Part shown: positions 1-10,889 of the stretch, one piece after another
Numbering within the stretch: the first letter of the stretch is position 1
How the letters are laid out: each line of letters opens with the position of its first letter
Assembly: GCA_963695345.1 (NCBI GenBank)
Contig: OY968769.1
Location: 1,728,001 to 1,792,000, forward strand
Source of the DNA: an uncultured Methanomassiliicoccales archaeon
GTDB lineage: Archaea; Thermoplasmatota; Thermoplasmata; Methanomassiliicoccales; UBA472
DNA length: 64,000 bases
Direction of reading: 5' to 3'
The notes under the pieces: model-generated
Database searches by the model: none
Seen by the model: the letters and a program-made list of their open reading frames with translations, nothing else
What the model was told of the DNA's origin: nothing
Made by a program: the position numbers and the translations under genes

Positions 1-179
1 AAAGCGGCGGTGAAGGAGGCAGCGGTATAGACGGCACTTCCTCCCGAATCAAGAACGACGTTCGATGAGACCTTATAATCATAGGTCCCCACAGCGTCGG
101 CATCACTCGCCATAATGGGAAAGGTAGATATCGTCAATCCCATGATGAGGAACACAAGAAGGCATTTTTTGAGTTTCAT
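1..179 (-). CDS. 5' part of a secreted/surface protein (truncated by window edge)
   Basis: Hand translation from ATG at 179: MKLKKCLLVFLIMGLTISTFPIMASDADAVGTYDY..., signal-peptide-like and open to the window edge; GGTG-type RBS upstream. Confidence 0.7.
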   Translation of the reverse strand, partial: MKLKKCLLVFLIMGLTISTFPIMASDADAVGTYDYKVSSNVVLDSGGSAVYTAASFTAA

Positions 180-827
180 TCCCTTACCACCTTACCAGTA
201 GAACAAGTACATCTCGCACCAGGCGAAATTGTAACCAAGATATCAATATCCAGCCGGCGGTCTATTTGGCCGGCCTGGCCGCGGTCATGGCTCCTTTCAG
301 TCCAAGAATCACAATTGAAGGTCAGTGTCGTCATTTTTATACCTCCCGGCTAGTGTTTGCTTAGTTACGTATTGAAAGGAACAACGACACCATTGACGTC
401 AAATGTTAAGATACGGCTATCAGTATCGATATTGAAACGATGGAAAATTTAGAGATGCTGGACATCACAAAATCACACTCCCCATCGCCAGTTGACACGA
501 CCGGGAATAGTGACCCCCCACTCCGGCTCCGGGGCATCGGTTCCCTGCGCCTAAATTGATGATTTCAACATGTTCGAAACCGACCCTGTCGACGTTCTAC
601 GACTTACGAGCATATTACCGGGGTACAATGTAAACCACTCCCTTCACATACCTTGTGAAAGAGGGAATGGCGGTATTTCGGACAGTCACTGATCAGAGGT
701 ACCCGACAAGCTCCAACTGGGTTATTCCGAATTACCATTCGTTGAAAGAGGAGCACACTAGCATTAGGTTTGAACCGTTTTCAGAAGAGAGAATGAAACC
801 TAACGCTGAAATCACCTTACTGAGATC

Positions 828-3800
828 CTATTCCTCTGAATACAGAGGATAACGGATATCGATGATGGCATTGTCCACGATAGGCTGTCTCCGGTACCAT
901 GTGGTGTAGGAAAATACCGGTGTGTTTACGCTCCTTTCTTTTTCCTCCTCACCACGATAGACCATGGCTATTATTGCAGCAATAAGGGCCAGAACCCCCA
1001 CGACATAGATCGCGCCATCATCTCCGGGGGATGTCGCAGATGGGGTGGAAATCGAAGCACTTGGTGAGACGATCTTGGCCGAAGACAGGTTTCCCACACC
1101 GCCGGAGTTGTGCGCTGCCACAGCAAAGGAATAGTTCTGTCCATTGATCAACCCGGTGACTATGGCTGAGGTGGCCGATGTATGGTCTACCTCAACACCA
1201 TCCTTGTAGATGATGTAGTAATCCATGCTGGAATTGCTCGATGGGGCTGCCCATGCCAGGCTCACCGTTCCATTGCCGGCAATGGCGATCAGACCGGTCG
1301 GGACTCCCGGAACCTCGACGCCGGAAACTGGGTGGGCCACGAGGGCCGATGTCTTGTCTCCGGTCCCTATCGAGTTATGTGCTGCCACTGTGTAGCTGTA
1401 CGATTGCCCGTTCGTTAGATTGGTTATTGTTATCGAGGTTGCCGTGGGATGAGATAGGTCGATTCCGTCCTGGTAGACAATGTAGTGGTCGATCGATGCC
1501 CCACCGTTACTCGTCGGTGCGGTCCATGAGAGGGTAGCCTGAGCGTTGCCTGATGTGACAGAATGACCAGTTGGTACTCCTGGAACAGTTGGGGCGGAAG
1601 ATGGCGTGGCGTTAGTGGTCGGTGATTTCTCACCCTCACCAACGGAATTGTGTGCCGCGATGGAAAAGCCATACTGTTGGCCGTTCGTCAATCCAGCGAT
1701 CGCCGCGGATGTGGTCGGGTACTGGTCAGATCTAACGGTTCCGTTGACATAGACCAGGTAATAGTCGATGTTCGCTCCTCCGTTGTTGCTGGGAGCCGTC
1801 CACGTTAGCGATACCTGTGAATTGCCGGAGGTAGCTGTGAGCCCGTTAGGAATCCCGGGGACGGTCGGGGTAATACTCGGGGTCGCCGAAACGCCCGAGG
1901 AACGTGATCCAGTTCCTTCGGAGTTATTTGCGGCCACGCTGAAATCATAGCTTTGTCCATTGGTGAGTCCCGTGATAGTAGCGGAAGTGCCCGTCGATTG
2001 CTGTACTTCGGTTCCGTCCCTATACACGACGTAGTGGTCTATGGCCGCGCCCCCGTCGCTTACTGGTGCGGACCACGACAGTGCCACCTGGGCGTTGCCC
2101 GGAATTGCCGTCAGTCCGCCCGGCGAACCTGGAACAGTGATAACCGTGGTCAGGGCAACCGGGGTCGCCGAAACACTGGACGACTGCGATCCTTTTCCAG
2201 CCGCGTTGTGAGCGGCAACGGTGAAAGTGTAAGAGACTCCGTTCGTCAGCCCGGATACAACTGCGTCCGTCGATGTCGGTTGCGCGATCTCAGTTCCATT
2301 TTGGTAGACGATGTAATGATCGATGGAGCCTCCTCCGTTCGAGGAGGGTGCTGACCAGCTGAGCGACACCTGTCCGTTCTTTGGAGTTGCGGAAAGATCG
2401 GTCGGGGCGCCTGGAACGGTCGGGGCGGGGGATGGTGTAATTGTCACTGCGGTCGTCTGTGCACCGACACCTGCCAAGTTATGTGCGGAGATGGTGAAGG
2501 AGTATGCACGGCCATTTACCAGACCGGTGATAATCGTGGTCGGACCGGTCAGTTGGTAGGGCAATGCCTCCCCGTCCTGGTACACTACGTAATAATCAAC
2601 CGTCCTGCCGCCATCAAAGGCCGGAGCGGTCCAGTTCAAGGTCACCTGACCGTTGCCAAGGGCACCTTTCAGTCCGGTCGGAACATCGGCTACCGTGTAT
2701 GGAACAGATGAGACAGCATTGGATGGGGCTCCGGTACCGGCCATGCTGTGCGCCGCGATGGTGAAGCCGTATTCATGGCCATTGATCAGACCCGTGACGA
2801 CGGCCGTCAGACCTACCTGATGATCGACCAGGGCGACCCCGTCCTGGTTGACGACATAGTAATCAATGGCACTACCTCCGTTGACTGAAGGTGTGGTCCA
2901 GGTAAGTGTGACCGTCTTGTTGCCGGGGGTTGCCGAGATCAGGGTCGGGGCGGAGGGTACAACATCGGGATTCATCGGCATGGCCGTGACCTCGTTGGAC
3001 ACAAGTCCCTCACCGACCGAGTTGATGGCGCTTACCTTATAGTAGTAAGTCTGACCGTTGGTGAGGCCTATGTTGGAGTAGCTGATGGCGTTGCCCAGCG
3101 TAATCAGCAGGGTCTCCGTTCCAGAGGTCGTTCCGCGGTATATGCTGTAGCCGGTGATCGCAGAACCTCCGTTGCTGCTTGGTGCGGTCCAATTGAGAGT
3201 AACCTGAGCGTTACCTGGAATGGCGACTACCCCTGTAGGGGTTCCAGGTTTCGCTGCAACGACCTCGCCCATGATCAGTCCGTTCCAAACCCCTCCTGGT
3301 GGGGGGAAGTTCGAAGAGGCGTATGCGTGACCCCTTATTCCATCTGGAGTGTTGACTATCCAACCCGAACCAACAACGGCCGGTGCTGTGGATTGCGAGA
3401 AGGTCATCGACATCAGGGAGCTGCATTCTTGGAACGCATTGTCTCCGATGGACGTGACACCGCTTCCGATGGTGACCGAGGTGAGAGAGGTGCAAGTATG
3501 GAACGCCCCGAACCCTATGGACGTGACGCTATTGGGAATGGTCACAGACGTTAGGGAGCCGCATTCTCCGAACGCGCTATCCTCAATGGACGTGACGCTA
3601 TTGGGAATGGTCACCGATGCCAGGGAATGGCAGGAAACGAACGTGGAGCTCCCGATGGAGGTGACCTTATCGGGGATGATAATGGAGGCCAGGGAATCGC
3701 ATTTAGCGAAAGCACCGCCTCCAATGGACGTGACGCTATTGGGAATAGTAACCGATGCCAGGGAATAGCAGTATCCAAAGGCACCAACTCCAATCGACGT

Positions 3801-4181
3801 GACGCTATTGGGAATGGTCACAGACGTCAGGGAGCTGCAGAAATAGAAGGCATTGTCCCCGATCGAAATGACGCCTTCTGGAATGGTCACCGAGGTAATG
3901 GATGAGAGCCTCGCAAATGCACTATCACCGATCGCTACAACGGAATACCCATCCATTGTGGAAGGGATCGCGACCGCCTCTTGCTCACCAGTATAGCCTG
4001 TGACAGTGGCAACGGTCGGGCTGCCGCTCGTTTCGTAGGTATAGTCGCCGCTCGTCTCCGCGACGGCCGTTTGCGCCAAGATCAGCGATGCGATCACAAA
4101 GCCAAATAAGACAAGTACCAGGCACCCTAAATGCCTGAACAGCTGTTTTCTCTCGTTGTGCGTTATGTCATTTGACTCCAC
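828..4181 (-). CDS. Cell-surface protein: signal peptide, ~7 BspA-type LRRs, 8 FN3 domains, C-terminal TM anchor
   Basis: SLTSVTIPNSVTSIGxxAFxxC repeats and WTAP..GG..I..Y FN3 repeats. The true end is probably IVVRRKKKGA* (TAA at 926-928) in another frame, via a 1-nt indel near 960. Confidence 0.9.
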   Translation of the reverse strand: MESNDITHNERKQLFRHLGCLVLVLFGFVIASLILAQTAVAETSGDYTYETSGSPTVATVTGYTGEQEAVAIPSTMDGYSVVAIGDSAFARLSSITSVTIPEGVISIGDNAFYFCSSLTSVTIPNSVTSIGVGAFGYCYSLASVTIPNSVTSIGGGAFAKCDSLASIIIPDKVTSIGSSTFVSCHSLASVTIPNSVTSIEDSAFGECGSLTSVTIPNSVTSIGFGAFHTCTSLTSVTIGSGVTSIGDNAFQECSSLMSMTFSQSTAPAVVGSGWIVNTPDGIRGHAYASSNFPPPGGVWNGLIMGEVVAAKPGTPTGVVAIPGNAQVTLNWTAPSSNGGSAITGYSIYRGTTSGTETLLITLGNAISYSNIGLTNGQTYYYKVSAINSVGEGLVSNEVTAMPMNPDVVPSAPTLISATPGNKTVTLTWTTPSVNGGSAIDYYVVNQDGVALVDHQVGLTAVVTGLINGHEYGFTIAAHSMAGTGAPSNAVSSVPYTVADVPTGLKGALGNGQVTLNWTAPAFDGGRTVDYYVVYQDGEALPYQLTGPTTIITGLVNGRAYSFTISAHNLAGVGAQTTAVTITPSPAPTVPGAPTDLSATPKNGQVSLSWSAPSSNGGGSIDHYIVYQNGTEIAQPTSTDAVVSGLTNGVSYTFTVAAHNAAGKGSQSSSVSATPVALTTVITVPGSPGGLTAIPGNAQVALSWSAPVSDGGAAIDHYVVYRDGTEVQQSTGTSATITGLTNGQSYDFSVAANNSEGTGSRSSGVSATPSITPTVPGIPNGLTATSGNSQVSLTWTAPSNNGGANIDYYLVYVNGTVRSDQYPTTSAAIAGLTNGQQYGFSIAAHNSVGEGEKSPTTNATPSSAPTVPGVPTGHSVTSGNAQATLSWTAPTSNGGASIDHYIVYQDGIDLSHPTATSITITNLTNGQSYSYTVAAHNSIGTGDKTSALVAHPVSGVEVPGVPTGLIAIAGNGTVSLAWAAPSSNSSMDYYIIYKDGVEVDHTSATSAIVTGLINGQNYSFAVAAHNSGGVGNLSSAKIVSPSASISTPSATSPGDDGAIYVVGVLALIAAIIAMVYRGEEEKERSVNTPVFSYTTWYRRQPIVDNAIIDIRYPLYSEE
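3420..3905 (-). repeat. 69-nt tandem BspA LRR coding repeats
   Basis: Recurring gacgtgacgctattgggaat unit with 23-aa periodicity. Confidence 0.85.
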
Positions 4182-4246
4182 GTGAATCCCTCCTTCATCA
4201 ATCGGGACGACATTTCCTTCACTGTCTCCCGACTAGATACCCCGGG

Positions 4247-4303
4247 TAGAAGCCATCTTGAAAATTTATGATGGGAGTTATCTTTCGGATGTATTAATAA
4301 ATT
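4247..4303 (-). promoter_or_regulatory. Promoter/leader of surface protein 1, conserved with 8314-8369
   Basis: TTTATTAATA TATA-like box on the - strand; block alignable to the upstream region of the paralog. Confidence 0.6.
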
Positions 4304-4557
4304 GCCGATGGCCTCTACGTTGGAACATGCTCCCTTCATGTTTCCCTACCTATCCGCCTCAGTGATACACTTGCGATCATTCCCCGACCGACCTCTGAAT
4401 GAGATCCAGGCAATTGTCTCCACATTACCAACGTTTCGAACAATGCCTGTGCCCGGGGTACCGGAACGGTTTGTCGGATCGAGAACCGGGATCCGATCAA
4501 CGTCACCATCTCACGACATCCCGTCGTTTGTTTTGATCCAAGACCGAGAGAAGCAGT

Positions 4558-7500
4558 TTACGCATCCTTCTCCCTCCCCAGCCAGAAGTAAGTGGCCGCT
4601 CCTGCCACACCCCCGATCGCGATTGTTCCGATGGCGACAAAGAACAAGGTGTCGTTATCGCTCCAGCCATTGGGCTTGGCTTCAAGCAGATCGGTCAAGG
4701 TGCCGTTTCCGACAATGCTGTAGGCGCGCACCTTGTAGTAATAGACCTGGCCATTGTTCAGGTTCTTGTCGGTATAGCTGGTCGCGTTCACAGTTCCAAG
4801 CAGGGTCATCGAGGTCGGGCTCGTTCCCCGGTAGACCATGTAGCCGGAAACCGCTGCCGATCCGTTGCTCGATGGCGCTTTCCAGGTTAACGAGACCGAT
4901 TTGTCTCCCGCCGCACAATGGAGATCGGTCGGAGATCCCGGAGGCGCCGCTACTACACTGGTCGGCGTGGCATTCACGCCGCTTGAGTTCGGCCCCCAAC
5001 CCACAGAGTTCATGGCGCTAACCCTGTAGTAATAGACCTGGTCGTTGGTCAGGCCCGCATCGGTGTAGGTGAGCACATTGCCCAAGGTGAACCGCTTGGT
5101 CTCCCCGCCCGAAGCCATATCGCGATAGACCGAGTAATTGGTGACAGCGGCGCCGCCGTTGTTGGATGGCACGGACCAGGTCAGGACAACAGTTCTGTTA
5201 CCCGCGGTTGCGACGAGGTTACGAGGCGCGGAAGGCACTATCGCCGTTTCGATCGATGTCACTGACGCTTCGCTCGAGTTCGATCCCAAGCCTCGGACGT
5301 TCTCCGCCTTGATGAAGTAGTAGTAGCCCTGGCCATTGGTAAGACCGGTGTTGTTGTACCAAAGCTTCGTACCGGCGTCGGCGAGGAACGTTTCCGTTCC
5401 CGACGCCGCCCCCCTCCAAACCTCATAGTTGGTGATGGCGCTCCCGCCGTTGTTGGCAGGGGGTTGCCAGGTGAGATTGATATATGCGTTTCCGGGGGTT
5501 GCCTGAAGATCCTGCGGAGCGGTCGGCACGCCGGCAGGGTTCGTCGAGGCCTCTGCGGACCCTACACTTTCACCGACGGAGTTCACGGCCGAGACCCTGT
5601 AGTAATAGGTCACACCATTGATGAGACCCGTATCCGTGTAAGTGAGGACGTTGCCTAATGAGGTCAGGAGGGTCTCCGCATTTGCCGTCATGCTGCGGTA
5701 GACCTTGTAACCGGTGACACTGGCACCGCCGTTGTTGGCGGGAGCAGTCCAATTGAGGACGACCCGGGCATCTCCGGGGACGGCTGCCAGGTCTGACGGG
5801 GCGGCAGGCACGCTCATCGTTACACCCGACGCCTTGGGCATGGCTGATATTTCGTTCGAGCTCTGACTCAAACCTTGCGCGTTCTCCGCCTTGACGACAT
5901 AGTAGTAGACCTGGCCGTTGGTCAGACCGGTGTTGTTGTACCATAGTCTTGTGCCGGCATCATTCAGGAACGTCTCGGCACCGGCGGCAGACCCGCGCCA
6001 TATCTCGTAGTTGGTGATGGCGTTGCCGCCATCGCTGGCAGGTGCCTGCCATGTCAGATTGACATAGCCGTTGCCGGACGATGCATGGAAGTTCTGCGGG
6101 GCGGTAGGACTCCACAAGGGTCTAACGCTGCGCTCGTTGGATTGCGCCCCTTCCCCGACCGAGTTGATTGCCCTGATCTTGTAATAGTAGGTTACACCAT
6201 TGGTCAGACCGGTATTGGTGAAGGTGTTGACGTTACCGAGTACGGCGTACAGGGTCTCCCCGCCCGCCGTGGCGCCGCGGTAGACTGTATAGTTGGTGAT
6301 CGTGGAACCGCCGTCGAATGGCGCTGTCCATACCAGCACCACCTGTCTGTCGCCTGGGGTGGCGGATATCAGGCTCGGTGCGGAAGGAACGGTGGCAGGT
6401 ATGGCGGATATCTCGTTCGACCTAGCGCTCTCCCCGATCGAATTCACCGCGCTTACCCTGTAGTAGTAGGTCATACCATTGGTTAGACCGGTATTGTTGA
6501 ACGTGAGCGCGTTCGTGACGGTGGTCAGGAACGTCTCGCCTCCAGCGGTCGCGCCGCGATAGATCCGGTAGCTGGTGATGGCGTTGCCGCCATTGTTGCT
6601 GGGAGCCGTCCAGACGAGGACGACCTGGGCATTGCCCTTGGTAGCCGAACTGATCCTCGGAGCCGCTGGCACAGTGGCCGGTGTGGCCGAGTCCTCACTG
6701 GACTTAGCCCCCTCCGCCTTTGAATTGACCGCACTGACCTTGTAGTAATAGGTCACTCCGTTGGTCAATCCAGTGTTGTTGAAGGTAAGTACGTTGCTCA
6801 GATTTGCGATCGGGTTCGTTCCCTGCCTGCCGGGGGCAGTTCCACGATAGATATTGTATCCAGTGATCGGAGCCCCGCCATCGTTGGCCGGTGCGGTCCA
6901 GCTAAGGACCACATACCCGTTGCCTCTGTTCGCATCGAGGTTCAGAGGTGCGGTTGGTGGCGCGATGGGGGTGGCCGAAGCCTCGTTGGAAAGGGGCCCC
7001 TCACCGACCGAGTTGACGGCGCTTACCTTGTAATAGTAGGCCACACCGTTGGCGAGACCGGTGTTGGTGTAGGTGAGGACATTTCCCAGGGTTATGAGCA
7101 GAGTCTCCCCTCCGGCGGAGTTCCCGCGATATATCTTGTAGATGGTTATCGCAGAACCGCCATTGCTGCTTGGCGCGGTCCAATTGAGGGTGATCTGGCC
7201 GCTACCGGAGGTGGCAAAGAGGCCCACGGGGGCCTCGGGCGCCACCGGAATGACATCGCCCATCGTCAGTCCGTTCCAGATACTTCCAGGTGAGGGGAAA
7301 TTAGAGGCGGCGTACGCATGACCTCTCAATGCTGTGGAGGCACCGGATATCCAATTCGAACCGACATTGGTCGGTGCAGTTGCTCCTGGGAAGGTCATTG
7401 AGGTGAGGGAGGTGCAGGAGGCGAACGCATTACTCCCGATGGAACTGACGCTGCTGGGTATGGTCACGGAGGTGAGGGATGTGCAGGAGGCGAACGCGGA

Positions 7501-8229
7501 AACCCCGATGGAGGAGACCCCGGAAGGTATGATGAACGCCCCAGATTTCCCTTCAGGATACTGGATCAAGGTAGTTGTGGCCTTGTTGTAAAGCACACCG
7601 TTGACGCTGGCATAGTTCGGGTTACTCGAATCAACATTTATGAAGGTCAAGGCGGAGCAATGGGAGAAAGTCCCTTCGCTGATCGAGGTGACGCTGCCGG
7701 GCACCGTGATCGCTCCCGCCTTTCCGTCAGGACAGTCGAGCAATATGGTCATGACCTTGTTGTAAAGCACACCGTTGACGCTGGCATAGTTCGGGTTGCC
7801 TGAATCAACATCTATGGAGGTTAAGGCTGGACAGGAGGCGAAAGCGCCGTCACCGATGTCCGTCACGCCACTACCGATGGTCACGGAGGTCAAGGCAGAG
7901 CACTGGAAGAACGCCCCTTCGCCGATGTATGTGACGCTGCCGGGGATGTTCACGGAGGTCAGGGTAGCGGTCGATTCAAAAGCGAAATTCCCTATGGCTT
8001 CAACTGGATACTCATCTATCGTTGAGGGGATTGTGATGTCTCCGCCCGAGCCAGTATATCCCGTGATAGTGGCAAAGGTCGGGAGTCCACTCGTTTCATA
8101 GGTATAGTCGCCGCTCGTCTCCGCGGCGGCCGTTTGCGGAGCGAATATCAGCAATAGGGCAATAAACGCAAATAGAACAAGTATCTGGCACCCAATGTGC
8201 GTAAAGGGTTTTCTTTTCTGCATTGTCAT
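4558..8229 (-). CDS. Cell-surface protein: signal peptide, BspA LRRs, 9 FN3 domains, C-terminal TM anchor
   Basis: Paralog of 828..4181 (shared AETSGDYTYETSG and RGHAYA.SNFP); hydrophobic C-terminus FFVAIGTIAIGGVAGAATYFWL; start codon uncertain (8223-8268). Confidence 0.9.
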   Translation of the reverse strand: MTMQKRKPFTHIGCQILVLFAFIALLLIFAPQTAAAETSGDYTYETSGLPTFATITGYTGSGGDITIPSTIDEYPVEAIGNFAFESTATLTSVNIPGSVTYIGEGAFFQCSALTSVTIGSGVTDIGDGAFASCPALTSIDVDSGNPNYASVNGVLYNKVMTILLDCPDGKAGAITVPGSVTSISEGTFSHCSALTFINVDSSNPNYASVNGVLYNKATTTLIQYPEGKSGAFIIPSGVSSIGVSAFASCTSLTSVTIPSSVSSIGSNAFASCTSLTSMTFPGATAPTNVGSNWISGASTALRGHAYAASNFPSPGSIWNGLTMGDVIPVAPEAPVGLFATSGSGQITLNWTAPSSNGGSAITIYKIYRGNSAGGETLLITLGNVLTYTNTGLANGVAYYYKVSAVNSVGEGPLSNEASATPIAPPTAPLNLDANRGNGYVVLSWTAPANDGGAPITGYNIYRGTAPGRQGTNPIANLSNVLTFNNTGLTNGVTYYYKVSAVNSKAEGAKSSEDSATPATVPAAPRISSATKGNAQVVLVWTAPSNNGGNAITSYRIYRGATAGGETFLTTVTNALTFNNTGLTNGMTYYYRVSAVNSIGESARSNEISAIPATVPSAPSLISATPGDRQVVLVWTAPFDGGSTITNYTVYRGATAGGETLYAVLGNVNTFTNTGLTNGVTYYYKIRAINSVGEGAQSNERSVRPLWSPTAPQNFHASSGNGYVNLTWQAPASDGGNAITNYEIWRGSAAGAETFLNDAGTRLWYNNTGLTNGQVYYYVVKAENAQGLSQSSNEISAMPKASGVTMSVPAAPSDLAAVPGDARVVLNWTAPANNGGASVTGYKVYRSMTANAETLLTSLGNVLTYTDTGLINGVTYYYRVSAVNSVGESVGSAEASTNPAGVPTAPQDLQATPGNAYINLTWQPPANNGGSAITNYEVWRGAASGTETFLADAGTKLWYNNTGLTNGQGYYYFIKAENVRGLGSNSSEASVTSIETAIVPSAPRNLVATAGNRTVVLTWSVPSNNGGAAVTNYSVYRDMASGGETKRFTLGNVLTYTDAGLTNDQVYYYRVSAMNSVGWGPNSSGVNATPTSVVAAPPGSPTDLHCAAGDKSVSLTWKAPSSNGSAAVSGYMVYRGTSPTSMTLLGTVNATSYTDKNLNNGQVYYYKVRAYSIVGNGTLTDLLEAKPNGWSDNDTLFFVAIGTIAIGGVAGAATYFWLGREKDA

Positions 8230-8313
8230 GATTTTGATCGATTGCACACAAATCCCCCCAAACCCCAATCAAGGTTTTACTACTCAACACTTGCCCGAAT
8301 TGGTCCCCCGCTA

Positions 8314-8369
8314 TAGAAGCCGAATGAGAATATTTGAAGATAGTTGTCCTTCGTGTGTATTAATAAATT
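8314..8369 (-). promoter_or_regulatory. Promoter/leader of surface protein 2
   Basis: tagaagcc...tgtattaataaatt shared with 4247-4303. Confidence 0.6.
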
Positions 8370-8614
8370 CGCAGGTAACAGGGGGAATACGCCCTCTTGC
8401 CAACCCGACGAGTTCAATCGATCATCGGCATGAATCTTGATTCCCGGCTATCCCAGATCGATGCTATCCCCCAAACGAAAGTTCGGGAGTAACAGTGCCG
8501 GACATACTCTGTTTGTATCTGCCGGGATCGGGAGGGATCAATTGTCTGAAATTCCTTTAGCATTCCGTGTCAGGAAGCCAACGGAATGGACAGCCCTCAG
8601 TGAAAGATCTCATT

Positions 8615-10064
8615 TCAAGGGACAAAGATGAAATTCTTGAATTGCCACATATCATCGTCCGGGAGGGTGGCGAGGTTTTCCTTGAAATAGATCTTCCGGT
8701 TTTTGAGCGGATTCCAATCCGATGGCACTGAAATGAACTTGCCCAGGTAGGGCTTGGCTATCTTCAGGACGTAGTCATGGGGCAGGTCTTCGGGGGTGCA
8801 CAAGCCCTCGCGCGGGTGCTCTATCATCCACATGATCGCGGAGACGACACCTATGGCCACCTGCACCGTGGTCGCGTTCTGTCCCGGAGCGAGCTTCCTC
8901 GCCTCCTCGATGGACAGGATGCTCCCGCACCACCATGCTCCGTATTCGTGGCCCATCAGCAGGGCTCCGAGCATATCGGCCCCGGCGACTATCTCCTTCT
9001 CCCTCAGGATCCTGAGCTTCGGCTGCATCTCATAGTTCCTGCACCTCAGCTCATGCAGCGAGACGATGGTCTCATCGCATGGCATGTAGGAATAGCAGAC
9101 CGTCGGGCGGTAGACGACCTCGCCGTTCTTCAGCACCGTGAACTTGTCCGACAGCCCGAAGGCTTCCCCGTGCCTTATGGCCATCCCGACTATCTCGCAA
9201 TCGGGGACCCAGGACCTCACCCAGGTGTTCATCCCCATCTGGGCCAGCATGATCTGGTTCCTCGGCCCGGTGGACGGCACGAACGCCATCGGCGGCAACG
9301 TGGTCTCGTGAGTCCCCCAGCCGATCTCCGCCGGAGCGGTGCCCTCTTCCCTCAGGCCTTCTATGCTCCAGGTCCCGACGAACTCGTCCACTTTTTTCGG
9401 GTTGTTGGTGATCTGGGTATCCCTCTCCGAGCAATGGATGACCTTGACGTCCAAGGCCATCGACAGTTCGGCGAAATTCCGTTCCCTCACCAGGCTTCTG
9501 AGGTGCTCTGCTCCTTCGCCGCCTACTTTATTTTCGGCGATCAGACTCTCGGAAATGTCGATGAGGGCTTGTTTCACGAAGTGGGATATCAGACCTGGAT
9601 TGGCACCATGGTCTATGACCGAGGTCACTCCGACACCCCAGCCCCTGGTCATTTCCCGCAGGTGTATCTGTCTGCTGTAGAGCGATTTCTCGACCGGACC
9701 TTTGGATTCTATCTCGCGCGACGGAATCCCAGACCTCCAGCGACGTGTTCACGAACAGCACATCGTGCTCATGACACCACTTCAGTAGCGTGCACGTGTC
9801 CAGGTTCCAGGAGAGGTCGATGAGGAGCCCGCCGGGCGACAGATGTTCCGAAAGGACTGAGTCGATGTTGTCTGGAGTTATCCTCAGCTGTTGATATCCG
9901 ATGCCCTGGCTGGTCCATTCCATCAAAGCGGAGACCTTGTTCTCGAAGTCAATCACGGTGATGTTGCCTAAAGGTATCCTTACATGCTCCAAAAGGATGG
10001 GAAGGGTACATCTCGCTACGGAACCGTATCCAATTATCAGCACCTTGCCGTCGAATTTCATCAT
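8615..10064 (-). CDS. hss: Homospermidine synthase (one frameshift near 9715)
   Basis: Rossmann IIGYGSV, HGANPGLISHFVK, TWSIEG and QNATTVQV motifs spread over two overlapping ORFs. Confidence 0.85.
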
Positions 10065-10435
10065 CGGAAATAATCCTCTTTGATCATTGAGAACTCAACG
10101 TTGAATACTTCACAAATATATAAAATCAAAAGACGGGGCGCTTCCCCAGACAGAACCTGGACCATCAGTGGAAATGGATATGCTGGACAGCTCGTGATAC
10201 GATTCATTTCCTCCAATCGTTTCCTTCAATCAGGTTATGATTGTCCTTACGTCCGGGTGGCAGGAATGAAAGGGATTCCTCTACTGAAATTCTCTCCGAG
10301 AGACTTAGGGATCAAGGAACACCTCCCGGTCCGGTTATGGAGGAAGAAAAATTAAGAATCCGCACGGGGATTGAACAATTGAAGGCCGAGCGACAATCGA
10401 TCGCATCAGAAAATGTCTCAGGCGAACATGAACGA

Positions 10436-10831
10436 TCACCTGGTCGCCTTTACGTTCCCCATGTCATCGTAGACAAAACCGGTGAAATGAAAATCCTTGC
10501 CCGACCGCTTCCTGACCTCTGCCACTATGGTCGTGTAGATCGCAGCCGCCATGTCCCGGGGGAACCTCGACTCGGGGAACATGATCCCCAGTATCGGGAC
10601 GCTGTCCACCACCGCCGCGTAGTCCTCCAGGTTCTCCACTCTTCCAGCCGTGTGTTCCGATTCGATGAACTCCATCGAGCTGATCGCGCCGGCAGAACTT
10701 ATTCTGACGACCCCCCGTTCACCGGAATCGTCGACCACGCACTCACAGACCGCGCCAGGGTCCTTTTTCAGGACCTGAGCGATCCGGTGCTGCCCGACCA
10801 TTCCCATAAGGGCTCTCGTCTCCTGCCTCAT
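10436..10831 (-). CDS. Hypothetical protein downstream of cheD
   Basis: 131-aa ORF with normal composition; no family recognised. Confidence 0.65.
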   Translation of the reverse strand: MRQETRALMGMVGQHRIAQVLKKDPGAVCECVVDDSGERGVVRISSAGAISSMEFIESEHTAGRVENLEDYAAVVDSVPILGIMFPESRFPRDMAAAIYTTIVAEVRKRSGKDFHFTGFVYDDMGNVKATR

Positions 10832-10889
10832 CGGGGACGATAATGGATGGCAATATGTTTATCCTTTCGTGTTGAAAAATAATTGCGGA

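Noticed and set aside
655-852. 65-aa + strand ORF
   Set aside because: Short, no motif, overlaps the 3' end of the ORF on the opposite strand; unsupported
3420-3905. 69-nt periodic repeats as a CRISPR array or DGR
   Set aside because: In-frame LRR coding repeats; no unique spacers, no reverse transcriptase and no template/variable repeat pair seen
10227-10243. caatca-N5-tgattg palindrome as another copy of the che box
   Set aside because: The spacer is 5 nt rather than 4, and there is no TATA box at the expected distance
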